Assembly: GCA_000165345.1 (NCBI GenBank)
Contig: CM000433.1
Location: 128,001-192,000, forward strand
DNA: 64,000 nucleotides
Direction: 5' to 3'
This document shows positions 14,741-25,066 of this stretch, piece after piece. Position numbers and translations under genes: made by a program. The notes under the pieces were generated by a model. It worked only from the letters and a program-made list of their open reading frames with translations. It was not told the DNA's origin and ran no database searches. Each line of letters starts with the position of its first letter. The stretch's first letter is position 1.

Positions 14741-17725
14741 ATGTATATATGGGCCAAGTATATTATTAATTTATCAATTTCAAGTATGAAATTTGAATAC
14801 AAAAAGCTTTCAAGAAAGTACCAAATAATAATGCTTACAAATGCAATCATTCATAGAATGATTCAAATGATTGTTGCCAAATACTTTGATTTAATCCAAG
14901 GAATCAAGCATTTTATTATTAATTCTTCAAACTATACGTTTTATTTTACAACAATATCAATATTGGTGATAAATGTGATAATTTGGGATAATATTATAAT
15001 GAAAAATATTGTTGAGGATTATAGACTTAATAATTTGAAGATTGTTACTAGTACTATTTCAAGTCTGCTAACAGTATTTTATCTATCAAATATTGAAAAA
15101 TATACTAATCACTTCATTGGGAAGTATAATAATTATATTTATGGATTTTGTTCAAGAGCCTTCTTACAATCCGACAGCAAACAAAATAACGAATTTGGTT
15201 ATTATAGTAAGAGGAAATTTACATTTATTTCAAATGAATGGTGGAAGATTCACAAACTTGAAAGTGTATTTAAAGGAGTAGAAATTATTAACGAAATTAA
15301 GAAAAGGTCCCACCCGGAAATAACAACTGAAATTACAAATAAAGTCTCTATATTTAACTTTGAATTTCTTAAAAAATTAAAATATAAAGGACAAATTTCA
15401 AAAGACATTTGTAATTTTTTAATAGATGGGAATCAAGAAATACGAATAATAACTAGAATTCTCATTTTTTCTATCAGCACATTAAGTGTCACTTATATAT
15501 TATATAGTGAACATAAAAGAATCAACATAAACAATAATATCACCTCCCACTCAAAAATTTATACATTTTTTACAGTTATTTCAGGTTTGATTATTCCTAT
15601 ATTATTAAACAATATACAGAAATTTAGTGCATATAAAGAACAAGGACAGGTTATTTTTTTATTATTGTTTTTATCATTAAAACTAATAACCAACCATAAG
15701 CATTTTCTAATGTTAATATTCGAGTTGATTAACAATATAAAATCTAAATTTACTTCAGAAAATAACTTTGAAAAAATAATTCTACAAAACCAAGATAGGG
15801 AAGTATTACCAGAAGAAATTAAAGATATTAAGAATAGTTTGCCACAAATTAATGAAAACTCTTCATTATCAAGAGAAACAAATAAAAAAACTAGCTTATT
15901 ATTAAAAAGTACTAAAACCCATTCAAACTCTTCAAGTTGTGAAAATAAATACAAAAACATGAAAAATCACTCAAATCAAAGAAAGCAACAATCATCCAGA
16001 GATATAAGCAAGACCAGAATAAAGTATTTGAATGATATAATTCGTACAAAAATAACAAGTAAGAATGGAATTCAAGAAATATTTGATAATGTCACAGATA
16101 TCAAATCAATTCAAGAAAAGAATTCATATTTATCTTTTTTTGCCAAAACAATAGAAATATTTAAAAAGATTATAATTTTTTTAAAGGACTTGATAATTAA
16201 TATATTTAATGAAAAAATTGTGGGTTCTATATTTTACTTACTATTCAAAGATTGTAGAGGAATAGTATTAAGCTCATTTGATCATTACAAAATAAATAAA
16301 TATATTCAAGAAAGTAAGATCTCAATGGAATTAAAAGAAGAGTTACTTAGAAGCATGACACTTTGCTACACAAATATTGGAAATCCACAAATTATTAGAT
16401 CAATCAATCTTTCAAAAAAAGATTTAATACAAGATTTAGAGAATTTGAAGATCATTTTGCCAAATACACTGGTAATGGAAAAATTAAAATCAATTCAAGA
16501 TAAATCATCTTTAAGTCAAATTGAAACAATATTGCAACCATTTTCCGGAATTAATTCACTTGAGGAAAAGATTAATGCAGAAATTCAGTATTACTTAATA
16601 TTAAATTCAATTAATATATTATCAGATAGTTGTGAAGCCATTAAAGAATCATGCAAAGCAATTATTAATTCTGAAAGCCTTATTGAATTAATTAATAATA
16701 TTACAAATCATGATTTAGATAAGATTAATTTACTGTTAAATACAAATATGGATTACAATATTATTTCAAGCATTATTAAATCTGTAGTATTAATGGATGA
16801 AAATAAAGCAGGTATTTGGAATAGATTTTCACTAATAACTAATTCAATAAGTAAAGTTCATTTAGAACTTGTATGTAAATTAAATAAATTAAAAGATATT
16901 GAGATTAATGAAATATTTATTCAATGGAATATATTAAGAGCAGGATTGAAATATATTTTGCATCAGATAAAAAATAATCGTAAATCTTATGAAGATATTT
17001 ATATGGGAGGATTACCGTTACATACGTTACAAATGGCATTACATTATTTAAATACTTCAGCAAGAAAAACATCCGACTTAGTTCAAGAATCTATTATAGC
17101 TTGTAGCGAATTCTGTTTATACTTTAATTTAAAAACCATTGAAGAGTTACACGAATTAAATAGAACTTCTTTAGGTCAATCAAAGTTATTTGAATTATGC
17201 AAGAGAGATTGTAATGATATTTTAAGATTAATTCAAACAATAAAAAGTGTATTAGAAGAATTATGTGAAAATAAAATAAGAATTGATGGAAAAGAAATTG
17301 ATATTAGTTATTTATCATCAATGTTGCCTGCCGTAACATTAAATTCGGAGCATAAGTATTGTAGAAAGGAAACAGAATCCAGTTGTAAGCTACATGGTAA
17401 AGGATTACATGACACATTTAGATTGTATGCTGAAGGAAATTTTCCTGCAGTTACAAACACTATTCAGCCTATCCAATCTAAAAGAGAGACTTCAAAATTT
17501 ATTCCAGAAAGGCCAAGAAGTTCAATTCCAAGGGAAGCCTCAGGGAATAAAGAAGGAATCTCAAGTATTAACACGGAGGAAAAAAATCACATTGGTAAAA
17601 ACAATGAGTCATTTTTAAATCAAACAGGACTAAGAAAACCAAAAGAAATTATTAGAAAAGAAGGAAATAATAATAATGAAGAGAATTTACCTTTTTTACC
17701 ATCAACCCCGGATGAGTTGATTTAA
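14741..17725 (+). CDS. Hypothetical polytopic membrane protein (994 aa). About 6 hydrophobic helices sit in the first 330 aa, followed by a long hydrophilic C-terminal region.
   Basis: Long ORF with ATG. Hydrophobic segments are ISILVINVIIW, IVTSTISSLLTVFYL, ITRILIFSISTLSVTYILY, IYTFFTVISGLIIPILL, VIFLLLFLSLKLI. No family recognised. Confidence 0.5.
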   Translation: MYIWAKYIINLSISSMKFEYKKLSRKYQIIMLTNAIIHRMIQMIVAKYFDLIQGIKHFIINSSNYTFYFTTISILVINVIIWDNIIMKNIVEDYRLNNLKIVTSTISSLLTVFYLSNIEKYTNHFIGKYNNYIYGFCSRAFLQSDSKQNNEFGYYSKRKFTFISNEWWKIHKLESVFKGVEIINEIKKRSHPEITTEITNKVSIFNFEFLKKLKYKGQISKDICNFLIDGNQEIRIITRILIFSISTLSVTYILYSEHKRININNNITSHSKIYTFFTVISGLIIPILLNNIQKFSAYKEQGQVIFLLLFLSLKLITNHKHFLMLIFELINNIKSKFTSENNFEKIILQNQDREVLPEEIKDIKNSLPQINENSSLSRETNKKTSLLLKSTKTHSNSSSCENKYKNMKNHSNQRKQQSSRDISKTRIKYLNDIIRTKITSKNGIQEIFDNVTDIKSIQEKNSYLSFFAKTIEIFKKIIIFLKDLIINIFNEKIVGSIFYLLFKDCRGIVLSSFDHYKINKYIQESKISMELKEELLRSMTLCYTNIGNPQIIRSINLSKKDLIQDLENLKIILPNTLVMEKLKSIQDKSSLSQIETILQPFSGINSLEEKINAEIQYYLILNSINILSDSCEAIKESCKAIINSESLIELINNITNHDLDKINLLLNTNMDYNIISSIIKSVVLMDENKAGIWNRFSLITNSISKVHLELVCKLNKLKDIEINEIFIQWNILRAGLKYILHQIKNNRKSYEDIYMGGLPLHTLQMALHYLNTSARKTSDLVQESIIACSEFCLYFNLKTIEELHELNRTSLGQSKLFELCKRDCNDILRLIQTIKSVLEELCENKIRIDGKEIDISYLSSMLPAVTLNSEHKYCRKETESSCKLHGKGLHDTFRLYAEGNFPAVTNTIQPIQSKRETSKFIPERPRSSIPREASGNKEGISSINTEEKNHIGKNNESFLNQTGLRKPKEIIRKEGNNNNEENLPFLPSTPDELI

Positions 17726-17748
17726 TTCAATTCAATTTTGAAAAGAAA

Positions 17749-18375
17749 TTACCTTTTAAGTATCTTATAAATATATGGAGTGAGTGTAATAGTAGAAAAT
17801 AATCTAAATGGTTCAACAATTTTTGTTGATATCCAAGCTATAAATAGTTTACCAAATGGAGTTTCCATTCTTTGTTCAATTTTAGAAGAATTAATGTGAT
17901 TATCTAACCTTAATACTGAAATCAATTTTATCAATTTTGCTGCATTTATAATATTATTAATTGCTAAAATCCAGAATGAAATAAATGTTGCTAAATATAT
18001 TGTAAAATATGTGAATATACTGGTATATCCGTACTTATTCCACAAATTCTTCATTTTTCCAAATCCGTCTAATAGCCTAAACTTTTTATCCAAATCACTG
18101 ATATTAATTTTGCTAAATTGGTTTTTCAGACTGTGATAATAATATGGGCAAAGTCTTTGACTTCCAGATAAACAATAATTTAAATTCTTGAAGGAATTAT
18201 CATTTCTGAAAGGAGAAAAATATTGATTAAAGGTACTTGAACTGTTAAATAAGAGTCTAGAACTACAAAAGGAAGAAATTGGAATAAATATTGAATTTTT
18301 GTAAGTTAAATTTATTGTCTTTGATACTTTTTTCAATGTTGATGAACTAAAAAATAATTTATTGCCAAATATCAT
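17749..18375 (-). CDS. DUF1279/FAM210-family (mitochondrial-type) membrane protein, 208 aa.
   Basis: KMKNLWNKYGYTSIFTYFTIYLATFISFWILAI resembles the FAM210 core KKTFRQYGKVLIPVHLITSGVWFGTFYYA. GKLFIAWISTKIVEPFRLFSTITLTPY resembles GNALTAYALFKIATPARYTVTLGGTS. Confidence 0.55.
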   Translation of the reverse strand: MIFGNKLFFSSSTLKKVSKTINLTYKNSIFIPISSFCSSRLLFNSSSTFNQYFSPFRNDNSFKNLNYCLSGSQRLCPYYYHSLKNQFSKINISDLDKKFRLLDGFGKMKNLWNKYGYTSIFTYFTIYLATFISFWILAINNIINAAKLIKLISVLRLDNHINSSKIEQRMETPFGKLFIAWISTKIVEPFRLFSTITLTPYIYKILKR

Positions 18376-18430
18376 CCTTTATAACAAATAATTGCGAAAA
18401 TTTAAACATTCTTTTTTTTTTTTAATAATT

Positions 18431-18497
18431 ACCGGTGACACGTAATTTAAAAAAAAAAAATTTCCACAATATTACGTGTTTACATGTAATACCGGTA
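18431..18497. promoter_or_regulatory. Large imperfect palindrome in the divergent promoter between the FAM210-like and Arp genes: ACCGGT-gACACGTAAT ...32 nt... ATTACGTGT-ttacatgtaat-ACCGGT.
   Basis: ACACGTAAT at 18437 and ATTACGTGT at 18471 are exact reverse complements. ACCGGT palindromes flank both. The ACGTGTCA 8-mer also occurs at two other promoters. Confidence 0.3.
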
Positions 18498-18672
18498 TTG
18501 AAAAAAAATAAATTAGAATTTTGTGAATTTTTTTAATAATTTTTTTTCAATTTAAAATTGGTTTAAATTATCAGCAGAGGAAAAAGGAAAAAAATAAATA
18601 AATAAATCTTCAAAGGAAAAATATTAACAAGTTAGTAAATGTACTTAACAATTTTGAGAAACAAAATATTTA

Positions 18673-19929
18673 ATGAAAACAATAATTTTTGAACCAGGGA
18701 GAACCATTTGTAAAGGAGGGAATAGTGAAAACTTATTGCCAACTGTTGAAGTTCCATCAGTTTGTTTCCTAAAAAATTTTGAAAAAGAAGGCAATGAAAA
18801 TAAACTTTCAGAGCTTAATAATTTACAAGAAACAAATAAAAATATCCGCAATTTAAAGAGTAATATTTTGTCAAAAGATGAATTAAAAAGAATTGTTCTA
18901 GTTGGAAATGAAGCAATTAAGAGCTTGGAATCAACAAATGGGAATTTAATATATCCTCTTCATAGAAATTTAGTAATGAGCGATTGGTTACTCTGTGAGT
19001 TAATTTGGGAGCAGGTATTACTGGAATTAGGAGTAAAGACTAAAATTGAAAAATTTAAAAATAAAAAGTTATCATCTGAATCTGGATCTGAATCTGAAAA
19101 TCAAGTATTAATGGTTATATTGCCTTCTACAGGAGGAATTCTCATCAAAGAGAAAGTTAATGAATGGCTCAAAGAAAATTATGATTTTAATCAAGTAACT
19201 TTTATTCCAGCATATTTACTAACTTTATATTCATATGGTAAAGAAACTGGAATAGTTGTTGATATTGGATCATTTTGGACTAATATTACTCCAGTAATTG
19301 AAGGAGTTTCTGATGATAATTATTCTTTAAGCATTCCAATTGGAGGAAGAAGTTTGGAGGAATATATGAAAATCTTATTATCTAGAAGAGGATTAAAATT
19401 CTCTGGAAAAAAAGATACCAAATTTATTGAGGAAACAAAAGATGACTTGCTAGTTAGAAATATATTAAGCGAAAATTGTTTTGTTTCTACAGATGAAAAA
19501 AATACTAGAGAAATTATTTCATACACAACTTCATATTTGGAACTTATAAGAGTTAACTCAAAATTAAATAATAGTAAATCTATCTTCTTAGAAGAGGAAA
19601 GATTTCAAGTTACTGAAAATGTTTTCTTCAAACCATATAAAATTGGAATTGAATCCCCATCCATTTGTGAAGCTATACTTAAAGTAATAAATAAATGCCC
19701 ATTAGATACTAGAACCCTTTTAATGGAAAATATTTTCTTAACAGGAAGGTCATCATTATTTATTGGGCTGCCTCAAAGAATCCAAGTTAATCTAACACAA
19801 CTATTCTTAGACAGCAAGTTAAGAGGAGATACTAATCGATTAAATAAGTACAAATTCTACGTAAATGATGATCCTATGAGAGATGTTTCAACTTTTAAAG
19901 GTGCTAATATTTATTTGCAGTTAATTTAA
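18673..19929 (+). CDS. Divergent actin-related protein (possibly ARP6-like), 418 aa.
   Basis: Actin-fold motifs. LVGNEAIKS...[25 protein letters not shown] resembles VGDEA...[31 protein letters not shown]..., [22 protein letters not shown] resembles [34 protein letters not shown] resembles LAGRDLTDYL. Confidence 0.65.
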   Translation: [418 protein letters not shown]

Positions 19930-19931
19930 CT

Positions 19932-22900
19932 TCAAAAAAAAGTTATCATTGGCCTTGATGGAATAATTTGAGATAATTTATCAGCAGATATCTCTGAACA
20001 ATCTTGTTTTGTGTGTTTTACTTTTACGCTCTCCAAACCTAAAGATTTTGAAATAAAGTATGATTGAGTTGAGAAAAGTTCAAATTCATCAAATGGAAGG
20101 CATGTACTGAATGCTGAATCATTCTCTTTAAATTCACTGGCTTTTAATGAAATAAATGAAAGCACATTCTTAAGCATATTCTTATCCATCTGTTCTATTA
20201 CAGGTGTTTTTCTTAATTTTGAAACATAATCTTTTGGAAGAACTCCTCCCTCTTCATTGATAATCTTCTGAACTTGATTCAAGCCTTCTATTTGCCAGTC
20301 TTGATATTCATTTGAGACATAAATTATTGCTGAACTTGCTTTCTGTTTACCAACTCCTGTTGATGCAGATCCACCTTTTTTAGCACTACTCCATTTATCC
20401 ATTGATTTTCTAAAATCTTCAATTGACTTTATTATCAAATTCAACATTTTACTATGATTTGGAGAGAATCTAAATTCTTTAATTGAATCATCATTGAAAT
20501 CTGGCCATTTCATATTTACAATAAATCCTTCATTCCCTAAAATATCTCTCCAAATATATTCACATGTATGTGGAGCTATTGGCGTTAAAATCTTAATTTG
20601 TGTTTCTAAAATTTATGAAGTTAATATATTTGATTTAATATAGATTTATTAAAAATTATAGAGAAACAATTAATTCCAATTAAGCCAAGTCGAGTTTAAA
20701 ATTATTGTTTTTTTTCAACCAATTCTTAAATAAGTTAAGTTTGAAATAGTAATGATTAATCGAAGTCATTTTTGGAAATATAGAGAATGAAATCGTCCTT
20801 CAAGAATCAAAGTACTAAACTTATTCTTGAAAGAATTAAATATTATACTTTCACTCCCAAATTGTTATCCTCCTGGAGATAATCTAAAGACAAACAAAAT
20901 AGTAGAATATTGTAATTAGGATTAGAACAGGAGGTTTTGCTTTTATAACCAATATAATAAAAGATTTACTTGACTTTTAGATTAATATTTGATTTCATAT
21001 TATTACAAACCTTGATATAGCAATATTTTTGACTCCATTTTAATTGAAATAATGTTTCTCATAATGAAATAAACTTACCTATAAATAACTTTAATACATT
21101 GGTATTTAAGAAAAGATCATTAGAGTCACATAATAGACGATATTGATCTCTTCTAAGTTGAAATTCAAACAAAGCATACTTTAATGCATCTCTATATGCA
21201 AAATTCTTATATGAATTATAAGCTTCATTAGCAAGACGAATAACTTCACTTGTAAATATTTGATCAGCCTGATTTAAAGCATTTAAAGCGTTTGGATTTT
21301 CTTTAAGGAAAGTTTGCAATTCAGAATTGGACATTTCCTGAGATCCACATCTCAGTTTATCTTTATTCTCAACATAAAATTGAGCAGATTGAATTATAGA
21401 GTAAAGTCTCATAATAGCAGAATTAGCAATATCTCGGCAGAAGTTTGCATCATCAATAGTATCGCCGGCATCAGCTAAAGCAATTCTACAAGCATCTGCA
21501 GAATATTCATTAATTCCATCCTCTAGTGTAATCCAATTTCCAGTGGATTTACTCATTTTCATGGAATCGATCATAACATGACCATTACAATAGAAACTTC
21601 TTGGCCATAAATCTTTCCTATCCTCCCAAATAGCAGCATGATTATATAAACACATTGTTAGATGGTTAAATATTAAATCTTTTCCTGAAACTCTACAATC
21701 CAGAGGATAGAAATATGAAAACTCATTTCTCATTCTATCAAGTTGTCCTCTACCAATATTCTTAATTAAATCTTCAGATGGCTCATCTGTTAAACAAAAG
21801 ACATAGTTAAAAAGATCATCATTAACATATTCAATAGGAATATCCATCAATCCCTTTGATCTGCCTTCAAAGTCAGAATGGAAGAAATGGCAAATTGTAT
21901 AATAAGCCATATAAATTGTAGAATCGGATAAAGACTCAATTAATACCTTTTGGTTATTTTCAGTATCCCATGGAAGATAAGTCCCTAAACCATAAGATCT
22001 AGAGCATGCCCACTCTCTTAACCAATTAATAACTTCCAAGAATGAAGTTCTTACTTGTGGATAGAATGTTTCAAATGATTTTTCATCATTAACCCAGTCA
22101 TAAACATCTTTTCTCCATTTTTCTTCTCCATATTCAATATACCATTGTTTACATAAAGCAATAATGCAAGATTCTCCTGTTCTACTAATTACGGTATTTT
22201 CAGGCTCCAAATAAACGAGAGCATTTTTATCATCTATTAATTTTTGTTTAGCTTGGTCCTTAATCTCCGAAACTTTCATACCCTTAAAGTCACCTGATAT
22301 CATTACTCCGTCGTAAAAGCCTTTTTTGTAAACCTCTTCCTTAGCTTGTTTTAATTTAGCTGAATCATTTTGACTTTGAATCTTATATTTTAAATATACA
22401 GCCTCTCCAGCCAAAGTTCCAAGTTCTGGAGTATCAATAATTGGAACCAAATCTAATAACCAATCTTCTTGAATATTATATTTTTCTCTAATTCCTACTT
22501 TCGATTTAATATCATTCCAAGCAGCATAATCATCTGGAGAATCGGAAGGTACTGATGAAACTACTCCAGTACCTTTATCCATTGAAATTGAAAACATTGG
22601 TAAGGTATAAATCTTAGAATAGTATGCATTAGGAGGCATTAATGGAGTTCCAATTAGTTTTTCTCCACTAATTGTTGAAAAAGAGATAACCTCAGGTAAT
22701 GAATTAACACTTTTACCTGTGGGTATTGATTTTTCACTAACAAGTGGTACTATTCCTTGATATGCCATATTATAAGCGCTTTTCTTAGAACATATAAATA
22801 CTGTGTTACAATCAGCAAGTGCTTCTTCTTTGCTATCATAAACTTTCCTCAAAACACCATCAGTAGTTTCTGATGATTTGCAAATTGGAGAGTCAAATGC

Positions 22901-23890
22901 TAAAATTAAATCGTATTCCCCAGTGGGTAATATCCAACAGTTAGTTTGGCCATACATAGTTTCTGGTCTTAAAGTTGCACAAACTAAAAACACATCCCTT
23001 CCGCCCACTAATTCCTCAATATCTTCTGGTAAACTTAGTGCTTTCAACTTAATTAAAGTATATTCTTGAGGTCCAACGCCCTCACCTGAAGATCTATCGT
23101 GGTCAGCACAAGGCTGATTTTCTATTCTACTAAATACTGCAGGCCTTAGTCCATATCTTATTTTATCTTTCTTAAACTATAATGTAATTAAAAATTAATA
23201 TTATAATTTTTAAAAAAAAAATCCAAGTATTGATTTAAAACTTACCTTCAAAGTTCTGAACTGCCATTTAACGAAAGCATCATAGTAAGGATTAATATCA
23301 GTTGTAATAAATGATCTCCTCCAATCAACAGCAGTTCCAAAATTCTTTAAATCTTTCTTTGTAAGTGGGGGAAAATATTCTGTCCAATAAATTGGGTCAG
23401 TAAATTTACTAATTTCTTCTTCAGGAATACCCATTGCTTTAAGAATTTCTGATTGGGTTTTTGCTCCCCCAGTTTTAGCTGCAACCTTACTTTTAAGTTG
23501 TACTTGGCTTGTCTCTTGTTCTTTATCATCATCAGTTTCAGCTAACTTTGGTGAATTCAACTCCATCTTTAACTTATCTGCGCTTGCACAAATTGGCATT
23601 CCCGTACAATGAAAACCAAATGGAAATAATACATTTTTATTATTCATTCTTTGGAATCTTGCTTGAAAATCTGCTTTTGTCAACGTAAAGGCATGCCCCA
23701 AATGTAACCTTCCATTCATATATGGATATGGAAATGTAATCATGTATTTTTCACGAGATGGATCTACATCTGCCTCATATATTTGACTCTCTTCCCAGAG
23801 TTTTTGAACCTGATGCTGTACCGAAAGTAATTTATCCCTTCTTTGTCTTGAACCTCCAGTATTTCCAGAATCATTGGCTTTTGTACTCAT
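19932..23890 (-). CDS. LARS1: Cytoplasmic leucyl-tRNA synthetase. Three exons: join(19932..20605, 21079..23176, 23246..23890). Introns 23177..23245 (69 nt) and 20606..21078 (473 nt). 1138 aa.
   Basis: Aligned by hand to human LARS1 across both junctions. ...VKWQFRTLK|FKKDKIRYG...[26 protein letters not shown] matches [41 protein letters not shown]. ...NVLKLFI(E)|TQIKILTPIAPHTCEYIW matches [23 protein letters not shown]. HLGH-type motif FPYPYMNGRLHLGHAF and KMSKS are present. The ORF-track starts at 23047 and 4917-type positions are TTG. Confidence 0.9.
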
Positions 23891-24042
23891 ATTCACTGAT
23901 AATTAATCCGCCCCTCAAACAAATAATCACGAGGCTAAAATTGAAAATTAAAATATAAATATAGAATATATATTTATATCACTAGTTTACATCAAAAGTC
24001 AAACTTTTCAAGTTAAATAATAATAGAAAAAAAAATTGTAAT

Positions 24043-24059
24043 GACGTGTTTTCGGCGCC
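24043..24059. promoter_or_regulatory. TGACGTGT plus TTCGGCGCCA elements in the divergent LeuRS/PLPBP promoter.
   Basis: ACGTGT at 24044-24049 immediately followed by GGCGCC at 24054-24059. Confidence 0.3.
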
Positions 24060-24214
24060 ACCACAATTAGTTACTACTTAAATATATTTAATGTCATGTG
24101 GATGGTATTTATTAAATAATAATAATATTAACAATAATATGTTGAATGAATATAATAAACCAGCACAATTTAAATACAATATATAGATTCTGAGGGGAAA
24201 ATATTTTATTTAAA

Positions 24215-24931
24215 ATGTCAGAAAATGAAGTTATTGATAACTATATGAAAATTAAGAACCAAATTAAAGAGCTTTGCTCAGGTTTTGAAAGTTTTCCCGA
24301 ACTATTGGTTGTAAGTAAGTACCAGAGTGAGGAGAATATCAAGTTACTGCATGAAAAAACCGACCAAAAGATATTTGGAGAAAATTATGTACAGGAGTTG
24401 ATGGAAAAATCTAGGAATTTACCCAAATCAATTAAATGGCATTTTATAGGTCACTTGCAAAGTAATAAAGTTAAAACTTTATTATCTATTGACAACTTGG
24501 AAGTTATAGAAACAGTTGATTCAATAAAACTTGCGCAAGTGTTAAATAAAGAATGTCAGTTACAAGGAAGATCAGTTTTGAAAGTAATGATACAGGTAAA
24601 GACTTCAAATGAAGTCAACAAATCAGGAGCTCAAATTTCTGAAGCTATAAATATTTTTGAATATATAATTTCTGAGTGTAGGAATCTCAAATTTCAAGGT
24701 TTAATGACAATGGGAGATTCAGATGTTAACCTTACTAGTGAATGTTTTAATAAGATGGTAAATTTGAGAAATATTATCAATGAAAAGATTTCAAAGAATG
24801 GCAACTATGATCAGTCTATTGAATGTAGGCTCAGTATGGGAACTACAAGAGATATGGAAATAGCAATAAAAAATCATACGAATGAAGTAAGAATTGGAAG
24901 TGCAATTTTTGGAGATAAAAAGAAAGGTTAA
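24215..24931 (+). CDS. PLPBP: PLP homeostasis protein (YggS/PROSC/PLPBP, alanine-racemase N-terminal-fold family), 238 aa.
   Basis: LVVSKYQSEE, FGENYVQEL, KWHFIGHLQSNKVK, ETVDSIKLA, and a C-terminal RIGSAIFG. Collinear with PLPBP/YggS. Confidence 0.85.
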   Translation: MSENEVIDNYMKIKNQIKELCSGFESFPELLVVSKYQSEENIKLLHEKTDQKIFGENYVQELMEKSRNLPKSIKWHFIGHLQSNKVKTLLSIDNLEVIETVDSIKLAQVLNKECQLQGRSVLKVMIQVKTSNEVNKSGAQISEAINIFEYIISECRNLKFQGLMTMGDSDVNLTSECFNKMVNLRNIINEKISKNGNYDQSIECRLSMGTTRDMEIAIKNHTNEVRIGSAIFGDKKKG

Positions 24932-25066
24932 AGTTTAAGTCCTGATAATAAATATAGATATTTACGTTAAAGACAATAAAATTTATCAACAAGTTTACAT
25001 TAATATAAAATTATAGATATATCTTATAAAGCATAATAAATATATGAGGGGGGAAAGTAAATTTGA

